NCBI GenBank assembly: GCA_965200965.1
Contig: OZ241744.1
Location: 3,360,001-3,424,000 of the forward strand
Direction of reading: 5' to 3'
Length of the DNA stretch: 64,000 bases
Source of the DNA: an uncultured Candidatus Binatia bacterium
Lineage (GTDB): Bacteria > Desulfobacterota > Binatia > Bin18
Part shown: positions 1 to 8,800 of the stretch, piece by piece
Layout: each line of letters opens with the position of its first letter
Position numbering within the stretch: the first letter of the stretch is position 1
Notes under the pieces: model-generated
Databases searched by the model: none
What the model saw: only the letters and a program-made list of their open reading frames with translations
What the model was told of the DNA's origin: nothing
Position numbers and translations under genes: made by a program

Positions 1-1
1 G

Positions 2-88
2 AACCCTCAAGATGATGACTGTGGTGCGTTTGTTGATGATCGACGCTTCAGCGAAGCCAAGTTCAAGCCTGACGAGGAACACCAATGA
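2..88 (+). CDS. 3' end of upstream gene, probably a Cmr subunit (Cmr5-like by position); partial
   Basis: Open frame from window start (NPQDDD...RRFSEAKFKPDEEHQ*) whose TGA overlaps the ATG of the next gene (ATGA). Identity is inferred only from gene order. Confidence 0.3.
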   Translation, partial: NPQDDDCGAFVDDRRFSEAKFKPDEEHQ

Positions 89-2406
89 CGCATGAGGACT
101 TGTACACGAAGCCGCTCCTGCCGCAGGCCACACGCAAACTTGTGGATACGGAGAAGCCACTAGTTTCACTTGCTCGGCGTCATCCTGGCCTGCAACTCGA
201 CAAGCTGTCGGCTGTCGGTGACGGAAAGATGGAAGCCCAGAAAGTTGCCTTGGTCAAAGCCACCAAGACGCTTCGGGACGAGCCTCTGTTCCGGTCCCTT
301 TTGGCCCGCCGTCAGGCCATGCTTGACGCCCTTGGCGCAAAACGCCTGCCGATGATCACCCGCGGCTCATTGACCCTGCACCTGTCGCGTTCGGGGGCGC
401 TGGAGAACGCCGGCATCGCCCTGCATCCGGTCTACGGCTTTGTGTACCTGCCGGGCAGCGGCATCAAGGGCCTGGCCCGTGCCTGGGCCGAGACCGTCTG
501 GGCTTCCGCGCAACCTGACAAAAAGGACGCTTGGCGTCAGATTGAAGAAGCCTGTGGCTGGAGTCCTCAATCGGAAAACCACAAGTTTCCCCAGCCGAAA
601 AAGGGGTTGCCGGGCTGGCGTCCGAGCGAAATAAAGCCACAGCCGGGGGCCGCGGCCGGCCGTCTGGTATTTCACGATGCCTGGCCGCTCCGCTGGCCGT
701 GCCTGATCCTGGATGTCATCAATAACCACCACGCGAAATACTATGCAGATGAAGACGCCCCGGGTGACTGGGAAGAACTGACTCTGGTCTATTTTCTCGC
801 TGTTGGCGGAGACGAACAGTTCGAGTTTGCCATCTCCGACCGCAAGCCCAAGGATGACGGCCTGCTTGATCTCGCCTGTGGCTGGCTCCGGGACGCGCTG
901 ACAACCGAAGGCGCTGGCGCGAAGACCGCGGCCGGTTATGGCCGCTTCAAGCCGGCCGAAGGTGAAGCGCCGGCCGTGCCCTCGCCCGATTTCACCAAAG
1001 CCGGTTTTGCCAGCGCGAGTTTCAACTTGAAGCTGGTCACACCGGCCTTTCTCGCCGGCGCTTCCCAGCAGCAGGGTGACTGTGACCTGCGCCCGGCCAC
1101 CCTGCGCGGCCTGCTGCGCTGGTGGTGGCGGACCATGCACGCCGCCCACCTTGACCGGAGCACGCTCAAGAAACTCGAAACCGCGGTATGGGGTGATGCA
1201 GAGTCGGGCAGCCCGGTGCGCATCGCGGTGGATTTCGTCAATGGTGGCCAGCCGCAGCAGTACAACAAGAAAGCTCAGCAGTTTCAGAACCTGCCGAAAC
1301 CACCGCGCGGGCAAAAGGTCACACAAGGCTTGTTCTACGCTTCCTACGGTATGGCCGACGACCCCAAAAAAGGAGGGCGCTGGTACCGACCGGCAGGGTC
1401 CTGCTGGCGCGTGACTCTGACAGTAAGGACAGGCCGGTTTAATCGTGTCTCTCTCATGCCCAAACAGTTCTTGGATCAGGCCACCGCGGCCCTGTGGCTG
1501 ATGACACAGTTTGGCGGGGCTGGGTCTCGTTCGCGCAAGGGCTTCGGTTCCTTCGACGATATTGAGGTCCAGGGCGTTGGCTCAAAAGATGATTGCATAA
1601 AGCTGGCAAGTCGGTTCCGAATAGAATGCTCTCTCGAAATAAACAAAGGCAAGACTGCGGACACGCCCGCACTCGAAGAGATGCTGAACATGGGGATGGG
1701 GCAGCCTACTGTCTGGAAAGACCCTTGGCACGCGCTTGACCAGATTGGCATGGCGCTCCAACTGTTTGCCAAAAAAGGTCTTGACTCCAAAGAACGCAGC
1801 GTACTCGGCCTTCCGCGCCGTGTGGGGAGGGGACGCGAGGCACAGTCTCTCAGAGCCGGGCAGATTGACCGTCACGCTTCTCCGGCCTTCTGGAGCCTTG
1901 CCTGCCGCCAAGACGGGCTCCTGCTGATTCGTCTTATTGCCTTCCCCGCCGCCCGGCTGCCTGACAAGCGCGTCAGCAAGGAAAAGCTGGAACATCTGGT
2001 AGAATTTGCGCGCAAAAAGCTTGCACAGCCGCGCCCCTCGCCGAGGGTTGCGCCCGATAAAGGCGGAGTCACCCCTCAGCCCGATCAAGGGCTCGTCAGG
2101 TCTCAGGAAGTCCAACCCAGACAGGAACGGGCCAACTCCGTATCAGCGGACCCCGCGGGGGAAGAGGCAAAGCGCGTCAAGGGCCGAATCGGGGATCTCG
2201 GGGGAAAAGGCGATGTCAGCAAAATGCCGGAGATTGTGAAACAGATCGCTCAACTCTCCGCTCCGGCTGCCCGCTATGAGTGTGCCCAACGACTTAAGCA
2301 ATGGCTGATGCGCGGAGGCAAGAAAAGTTTGTGGAAGGAGAAGAAACACGCCACCACAGCCTGGCGTCAGCAACTCAACAGCCTGCTTGAGCAAAAGCAG
2401 GAATAA
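85..2406 (+). CDS. cmr6: Type III CRISPR RAMP protein, Cmr6-Cmr1 fusion
   Basis: N-half has Cmr6 motifs (ENAGIALHPVYGFVYLPGSGIKG, LVFHDAWP, GAGAKTAAGYG). C-half has Cmr1 motifs (LVTPAFLAGA, LRPATLRGLLRWWWR, FGGAGSRSRKGFGS). Confidence 0.88.
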   Translation: MTHEDLYTKPLLPQATRKLVDTEKPLVSLARRHPGLQLDKLSAVGDGKMEAQKVALVKATKTLRDEPLFRSLLARRQAMLDALGAKRLPMITRGSLTLHLSRSGALENAGIALHPVYGFVYLPGSGIKGLARAWAETVWASAQPDKKDAWRQIEEACGWSPQSENHKFPQPKKGLPGWRPSEIKPQPGAAAGRLVFHDAWPLRWPCLILDVINNHHAKYYADEDAPGDWEELTLVYFLAVGGDEQFEFAISDRKPKDDGLLDLACGWLRDALTTEGAGAKTAAGYGRFKPAEGEAPAVPSPDFTKAGFASASFNLKLVTPAFLAGASQQQGDCDLRPATLRGLLRWWWRTMHAAHLDRSTLKKLETAVWGDAESGSPVRIAVDFVNGGQPQQYNKKAQQFQNLPKPPRGQKVTQGLFYASYGMADDPKKGGRWYRPAGSCWRVTLTVRTGRFNRVSLMPKQFLDQATAALWLMTQFGGAGSRSRKGFGSFDDIEVQGVGSKDDCIKLASRFRIECSLEINKGKTADTPALEEMLNMGMGQPTVWKDPWHALDQIGMALQLFAKKGLDSKERSVLGLPRRVGRGREAQSLRAGQIDRHASPAFWSLACRQDGLLLIRLIAFPAARLPDKRVSKEKLEHLVEFARKKLAQPRPSPRVAPDKGGVTPQPDQGLVRSQEVQPRQERANSVSADPAGEEAKRVKGRIGDLGGKGDVSKMPEIVKQIAQLSAPAARYECAQRLKQWLMRGGKKSLWKEKKHATTAWRQQLNSLLEQKQE

Positions 2407-2440
2407 CGGAACGAGGCCTCCCATGCCCACACCCGACACG
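2263..2440 (+). repeat. Direct repeat copy 1 (~178 bp): end of cmr6/1 plus first codons of the CARF gene
   Basis: Near-identical to 2950-3126 by visual alignment. Confidence 0.9.
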
Positions 2441-2462
2441 GGGGACAGAGAGGAGGACGCCG

Positions 2463-2873
2463 ATGACGGCCTACACTATTGACACCCATGAAACCGTGCG
2501 GCAATTGGCGGCCGCCGGCATTCCTGACAATCAGGCCGAAGCCATTGTCGCCGCCCTCAGCCGCTCGGATACCGAACTTGCCACCAAGACTGATCTCAGG
2601 CAGGAGTGCGCGGCGGTCAAAGCCGATCTCAGACAGGAAATCGCGGCAGTCAAGACTGACCTTCAGCGGGAGATTACCGCGGTCCGGGTTGACCTCAGCC
2701 AGGAGATTGCCACAGTCAAGACCGACCTCCAGCGGGAGATTACCGCGGTCCGGGCCGACCTTGAGGTTTTGCGGTCTGAGGTGAAGGCCGAACTCGGTGC
2801 CGCTATCAATAAGGTGTTGCTGGCTCAAATCGCCGTTGCCGGTTTGCTGTTTGCCGCTATCAAGTTGTTTTAG
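2463..2873 (+). CDS. DUF1640/CCDC90-like coiled-coil protein with C-terminal membrane helix
   Basis: DTHETVRQLAAAGIPDNQAEAIV N-terminus, about six 11-aa repeats (KTDLQREITAV), hydrophobic C-terminus, AGGAGG RBS. Confidence 0.8.
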   Translation: MTAYTIDTHETVRQLAAAGIPDNQAEAIVAALSRSDTELATKTDLRQECAAVKADLRQEIAAVKTDLQREITAVRVDLSQEIATVKTDLQREITAVRADLEVLRSEVKAELGAAINKVLLAQIAVAGLLFAAIKLF

Positions 2874-2878
2874 GAGGC

Positions 2879-2949
2879 ATGGCCATGTCACAAACCGAGA
2901 GCCGTCAAAGAGTGCTGGTGCTGACCGTCGGCACGGGCAATCCGACTGA
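2879..2949 (+). pseudogene. Truncated 5' end of a CARF-type CRISPR accessory gene (TIGR02710/Csm6-like N-terminus)
   Basis: GGAGG RBS, then MAMSQTESRQRVLVLTVGTGNPTD (CARF beta1 TVG motif); cut off exactly where repeat copy 2 begins. Confidence 0.55.
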
Positions 2950-3126
2950 CCGGTTGCCCGCTATGAGTGTGCCCACCGTCTTAAGCAGTGCTGATGCGCG
3001 GAGGCAAGAAAAGTTTGTGGAAGGAGAAGAAGTACGCCACCACAGCTTGGCGTCAGCAACTCAACAGCCTGCTTGAGCAAAAGCAGGAATAACGGAAGGA
3101 GATCTCCCATGCCCACACCCAACACG
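2950..3126 (+). repeat. Direct repeat copy 2 (~177 bp)
   Basis: Matches 2263-2440 with a few substitutions and a 1-nt deletion. Confidence 0.9.
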
Positions 3127-4257
3127 CTGCTTTGTACGGTCGGGACAAGCTTATTCTATCCTAATCTCAATCAACTCGCCTCGGAAACTCAGGCCAACCC
3201 TACTCGTGCCGCTCTGTCCAAGGCGTATACCGAACAGAACTGGCCGGAGGTGGCGACCCAACTGCATACCATCCCGCCAACCGAGCGGCTGTGTGGCGCT
3301 GAGATTAACTCAGTGGCGAATCTCCTGGAACAGGAAACTGTCGAAAAAGTCCGTTTGCACTTGCTGTTTTCCGATACAAGGGATGGAGAACATATCGCTG
3401 CCGTACTGAAGGCATACTTCAAACGCGATGGCTGGCAGCAAGTACAAACCCACCGGATAGAAGACTTGAAAGACGCGGATCCGAAAGCCTTTCGGACCAG
3501 AGGCTTGCGTAATCTGGCAAAAACCCTGGGCGAGCGAGTACGCGAAACCGGACCGGCCTACTGCGCTATAAACGCCACCGGCGGCTATAAAGCCCAGATC
3601 GCCATTGCGGTTCTCATGGGCCAGGCACTCAGCATTCCAGTGTATTACAAGCATGAGCGTTTTGACGAGATCATCCCCTTTCCTCCGATGCCGGTGGCGC
3701 TCGATTTTTCGCTCTGGCTCCAGGCCAGCGGCATGTTCATGGCGCTTGGCCAGCCCAACGCTTGTGAGCCAGAGGAGCGGTTTCGGGAAGACTGGAATGA
3801 ACGTTTTGAGCCCTTGGTCAACCGGGTAGAAGTCGATGGTACGGTCTGTCTGGAACTTTCGGCAACTGGCCAGATTTTTCACGAGACCTTCCGTTCTCGT
3901 TTCCAGCAGCATAAGACCGGCCGGCTGCCGCGTAAGGCAACACAGACCGAGAAGCAGTCGCCCAATCTTGGACAGCATGGCTACGGACAAGCCCGCGCCC
4001 CAATTGGGCACTTTTTGCGAAAACTCACCGACGAGCGGTCTTATGTCCGCTTGTGTCACTCAACATACTGGAACCCGGATCTGCCTGAATCGTCTCGATT
4101 TCGACAGTCGGGGGGCGAGGTCGAAGGCATATACTCGAACGGGTCCTGGTGTGTGAAGTTCACAGTGCTCACAACAACCGATAAGCAGGACGGCTCAGAC
4201 CAGGACGCCTTAGCTGTTATTGTGACCGATCTTAATGAATGGCTTGCCACCTCTTAG
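3109..4257 (+). CDS. CRISPR-associated CARF protein, APE2256/SSO1393 (Crn1-like) family, with extra C-terminal domain
   Basis: LLCTVGTSL, AEINS, SDT, INATGGYKA and YYKHERF motifs; AAGGAG RBS before ATG 3109. Confidence 0.85.
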   Translation: MPTPNTLLCTVGTSLFYPNLNQLASETQANPTRAALSKAYTEQNWPEVATQLHTIPPTERLCGAEINSVANLLEQETVEKVRLHLLFSDTRDGEHIAAVLKAYFKRDGWQQVQTHRIEDLKDADPKAFRTRGLRNLAKTLGERVRETGPAYCAINATGGYKAQIAIAVLMGQALSIPVYYKHERFDEIIPFPPMPVALDFSLWLQASGMFMALGQPNACEPEERFREDWNERFEPLVNRVEVDGTVCLELSATGQIFHETFRSRFQQHKTGRLPRKATQTEKQSPNLGQHGYGQARAPIGHFLRKLTDERSYVRLCHSTYWNPDLPESSRFRQSGGEVEGIYSNGSWCVKFTVLTTTDKQDGSDQDALAVIVTDLNEWLATS

Positions 4258-4300
4258 GATGGAAGAGGGTTGAAGCGCAAATCGCCTGGAGCCGAACTCG

Positions 4301-5338
4301 ATGCCTACCTTGTACGTTACCGAGCCGGGGGCGGTGGTGCGCCGCTCGGCTGGTTCCATTGTGGTCACGCTTGACGAAGACCCCGACGGGCCTGGACCGC
4401 TGCCCGAGCGCCGGCGGCGGCTGATTGAGGTCGAACCCCACCGGCTGGAGTTGATCGCTCTCTTGGGCCGGGTGCATATCACCTCGGACGCAACCCAGCT
4501 CTGCCTTGAGCAAGGCATTGCCGTTGCCTGGTTCCGGGCCAACGGTGACTTTGTGGGCCGTCTGGTGCCCGAGCTGTCGCGGACGGCTGACTTGCGGCTG
4601 GCTCAGTTCCATATGGTTACAGACGAACGGCAGGCGCTCCCGCTGGCCCAGACCTTTGTGACGGCCAAGCTCCACAACGCCGCCGGGGTGCTGACCGCCC
4701 TGCGCTCCAACCGCGGTGGCGAGCCGGCCTTGGGCCGGGCGATTGGCGACCTCAAGGCGCTGGCAGACACGGTTTCCGGGGCGTCCAGCCGGGACGTATT
4801 GATGGGCTTTGAGGGCGACGCTGCCCGGCGCTATTTCTCAGGGCTGAAGCTTGGTTTTACCGGCGACATTGACTTTACCGGCCGTGCTCGCCGGCCGCCG
4901 CCCGACCCGGCTAACGCCCTGCTGTCCTTCGGCTATGTCCTGCTGGCCAATGCCTTGTCCAACCTGCTGGAAGCGCGCGGTTTTGACCCCTATCTCGGCT
5001 TCATGCACACCGTCCGCTCCGGTCGTCCCAGCCTGGCCCTTGACCTGCTTGAAGAACTGCGCCACCCGGTCGTGGACCGCTTTGTGTTGCGGGCGTGTAA
5101 CCTGCGCCAGTTACGCCCCGGGCATTTCGAGGCCGACCAGGAGCGGGGCGGGGTGCGGCTGACACGCGATGGGCTGCGAACCTTCTTCCGCGCCTGGGAG
5201 GCGTTCATGGACGCCCCCCTGCCGGGGGTAGAGGAGGACATTTGCCCGGAGGACCTGCTCCGCCGTCAGGCTGACCGCCTGGCCGGCCATGTGCGCGGCC
5301 ATGAGCTTTACCAGCCCGTGCTGCTGCGCCACTCGTAA
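4301..5338 (+). CDS. cas1: CRISPR-associated endonuclease Cas1
   Basis: TLYVTEPGA start; GFEGDAARRYF, RRPPPDPANALLSFGY, GFMH and SLALDLLEELR motifs. Confidence 0.97.
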   Translation: MPTLYVTEPGAVVRRSAGSIVVTLDEDPDGPGPLPERRRRLIEVEPHRLELIALLGRVHITSDATQLCLEQGIAVAWFRANGDFVGRLVPELSRTADLRLAQFHMVTDERQALPLAQTFVTAKLHNAAGVLTALRSNRGGEPALGRAIGDLKALADTVSGASSRDVLMGFEGDAARRYFSGLKLGFTGDIDFTGRARRPPPDPANALLSFGYVLLANALSNLLEARGFDPYLGFMHTVRSGRPSLALDLLEELRHPVVDRFVLRACNLRQLRPGHFEADQERGGVRLTRDGLRTFFRAWEAFMDAPLPGVEEDICPEDLLRRQADRLAGHVRGHELYQPVLLRHS

Positions 5339-5350
5339 GGAGATTCACTG

Positions 5351-5638
5351 ATGCCCCATTTTGTGGTGTGTTATGATATTACGAGCGATCAGCGCCGCCG
5401 TCATGTGGCCGAATGCCTGGATACCTACGGTGATCGTGTGCAGGACAGCGTGTTTGAGATGGTGGTCGATCGCGCGCTCTTTGACAGATGTATCTCAGAG
5501 TTATCCGGTCTGATTGACCCGACCGAGGACACCGTGGCGGCTTACCGCTTATGCGCCGCCTGCGAGAAAGAGCGGGTGTATCTGGGTCTGGGCGAGCAGG
5601 CCGAGCGAGTCGGTGAGGAGGATGTCTTCATCGTCTGA
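5351..5638 (+). CDS. cas2: CRISPR-associated endoribonuclease Cas2
   Basis: VVCYDI...RRR...YGDRVQDSVFE; 95 aa; follows cas1. Confidence 0.97.
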   Translation: MPHFVVCYDITSDQRRRHVAECLDTYGDRVQDSVFEMVVDRALFDRCISELSGLIDPTEDTVAAYRLCAACEKERVYLGLGEQAERVGEEDVFIV

Positions 5639-5834
5639 ACGGTAGTCGTAACCGCCTCCGGCCCGGAAAACCGGCGGGGGTTACGAAACCGGGGAAGCGT
5701 ATGAAATCGCTGGGGTTTTATACCCTCCGTCGCAGCGAGAACCGCCCGGTCGGGCGACACAGGCCGTTCCGATCGGGCGGTTACGAAAACCGGCGAGCTA
5801 AACGCTTGTCAGAGAAGTGGAATTTTGTTATACG
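5639..5834 (+). promoter_or_regulatory. CRISPR leader
   Basis: Non-coding region between cas2 and the first repeat; AT-rich proximal end; internal direct and inverted motifs. The variant terminal repeat lies at the far end of the array. Confidence 0.8.
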
Positions 5835-8800
5835 GTTTAACCCACTGCCCCGCTTGCTAGGGGATTGAAACCTAGAACTCGTCGTCTCTGGCCTGTGCGT
5901 CCTCATCTAGTGCCCAGTTTAACCCACTGCCCCGCTTGCTAGGGGATTGAAACTGGGCGATGAATGAATCGGTAAAAACCCGCGAGTAATTTGAGTTTAA
6001 CCCACTGCCCCGCTTGCTAGGGGATTGAAACCAAGATGATGCGTCATGTCGATTGAGGCAATGTGCGCCATGTTTAACCCACTGCCCCGCTTGCTAGGGG
6101 ATTGAAACCAGCAAGCCCCTTGTGAATGAGTCCGGCAAGACGATACCGCAGGTTTAACCCACTGCCCCGCTTGCTAGGGGATTGAAACTTGGACGCATTG
6201 AATATCCGTCCACAGGTCCGTTACCTTAGTTTAACCCACTGCCCCGCTTGCTAGGGGATTGAAACTCGGCCTCGCCCTGCGCTTCGCACAGGTCGCAAAA
6301 CCCCTCGGCGGTTTAACCCACTGCCCCGCTTGCTAGGGGATTGAAACCTCCCGTCGAGCGGCTCTAGCCCAAGATCAGCCCGTACCTTCGCCTGTTTAAC
6401 CCACTGCCCCGCTTGCTAGGGGATTGAAACCCCACCTCAAGACCTCATGAGAGAACGGCGCTTCGTCCTTGAGTTTAACCCACTGCCCCGCTTGCTAGGG
6501 GATTGAAACAAGGCCGCCATCTGTTTTTGCGACCTGGACGGGCTATCGGACTGTTTAACCCACTGCCCCGCTTGCTAGGGGATTGAAACGCAGACAGGCC
6601 GGTATAGCCCCAGGAGTTGACAAGCTGTTTAACCCACTGCCCCGCTTGCTAGGGGATTGAAACCCGACATCTCCAAGATGCTCGGTATTCATCCGGTGGA
6701 GCCGTTTAACCCACTGCCCCGCTTGCTAGGGGATTGAAACTAGAATTCGTGCCTGTAAGTGCCTGTAATCATTGGAGAAACAGTTTAACCCACTGCCCCG
6801 CTTGCTAGGGGATTGAAACATATGACCGACGCCTACGGATGGATGATGAGCCATTTGCCGTTTAACCCACTGCCCCGCTTGCTAGGGGATTGAAACTTTT
6901 TGCGACACGGTGAGCGGTGAGCTACATAGGCATCCCTCGTTTAACCCACTGCCCCGCTTGCTAGGGGATTGAAACGAGGTCAAGCGCGGGGAGTATGACA
7001 TCGGGCAGCTTGACGTTTAACCCACTGCCCCGCTTGCTAGGGGATTGAAACACTCGGTATTCGGTGGGCGGTGGCCATGCGCAGCATACGCTGTTTAACC
7101 CACTGCCCCGCTTGCTAGGGGATTGAAACATCAGTGTCATACTAGATAATCCAAACAATGTCAAATATTTGAGTTTAACCCACTGCCCCGCTTGCTAGGG
7201 GATTGAAACCAGACAAGGCATGGCGCGGACGAAGCGCAACCTGAATGTTTAACCCACTGCCCCGCTTGCTAGGGGATTGAAACCTCCAGAGCATCAAGAG
7301 GCGATTTCGAGTTGCCGGTCGAGAGGTTTAACCCACTGCCCCGCTTGCTAGGGGATTGAAACGTGGCCTTGGCCTTGGCGTCGATCTCAAGCCGGCAGGT
7401 CTTTGTTTAACCCACTGCCCCGCTTGCTAGGGGATTGAAACGCATGTCCCCGTTGTCGCCCATGTGGGCCTCAGCCAGTCCTCGGTTTAACCCACTGCCC
7501 CGCTTGCTAGGGGATTGAAACCAGTCTGATCTTCTGGCCGTTGATGGTCTCGTTGATGAGTTTAACCCACTGCCCCGCTTGCTAGGGGATTGAAACAGTA
7601 TCTCACCAGCGCCGGGGGCCAGATGAGCGCGGAGTTTAACCCACTGCCCCGCTTGCTAGGGGATTGAAACAGGTAGCCCGTCTTACTCTCGTCGCCCGTG
7701 TATGCCACGGCTGTTTAACCCACTGCCCCGCTTGCTAGGGGATTGAAACCCGAACCAGCTCTTCCAGCTCGTATGACTCGGACCGGATGTTGTTTAACCC
7801 ACTGCCCCGCTTGCTAGGGGATTGAAACCCGATGCTCGGCTTTGCCACCACTATCACCGGGATGGGTGCGAGTTTAACCCACTGCCCCGCTTGCTAGGGG
7901 ATTGAAACGTGCCCCGTGCTCAGCTGCCGCAAGATACGGTCGCCAAGGGTGTTTAACCCACTGCCCCGCTTGCTAGGGGATTGAAACAAGGCTGGTCGAG
8001 TTCGCCCAATCGGACCAGGTGCGAAGAGTTGTTTAACCCACTGCCCCGCTTGCTAGGGGATTGAAACCTGGGGGGAGTTGAACGCCGCGGCCAGGGCCTG
8101 CACGGGTTTAACCCACTGCCCCGCTTGCTAGGGGATTGAAACCCGTACTGATCTCCTAGAGGTCTAGGCTTTCCTCACTCAGTTTAACCCACTGCCCCGC
8201 TTGCTAGGGGATTGAAACCGTCGACCGTCCCGCTATTCATCCCGCGCATGACGTGGATGTTGGTTTAACCCACTGCCCCGCTTGCTAGGGGATTGAAACG
8301 CAAATGAGCCGATCAAATTTCTTCAGATCGCTGTCCTTGATGGGTTTAACCCACTGCCCCGCTTGCTAGGGGATTGAAACAGAGACACGCCCGCGGCCAG
8401 GGCCTGCACGGGCTGAACCGGTTTAACCCACTGCCCCGCTTGCTAGGGGATTGAAACATAGACACACCAGCAGATAACCCGCGGGTAGGACCGCCAGTTT
8501 AACCCACTGCCCCGCTTGCTAGGGGATTGAAACATGGGTCCCTCTGGCGTATGCCTGGTAACTCCGCTCCCCCGTTTAACCCACTGCCCCGCTTGCTAGG
8601 GGATTGAAACCGGATGAGCGACCTAACTTTCTGCCAGCTCTTGACCTCATGTTTAACCCACTGCCCCGCTTGCTAGGGGATTGAAACTTCCGCGAGGTCC
8701 TCTTGCCGGGCGATCGCCAGTGCCATATAGGGTTTAACCCACTGCCCCGCTTGCTAGGGGATTGAAACTCCCTCACCCTTTTGCATAGCCGCCCATAGTC

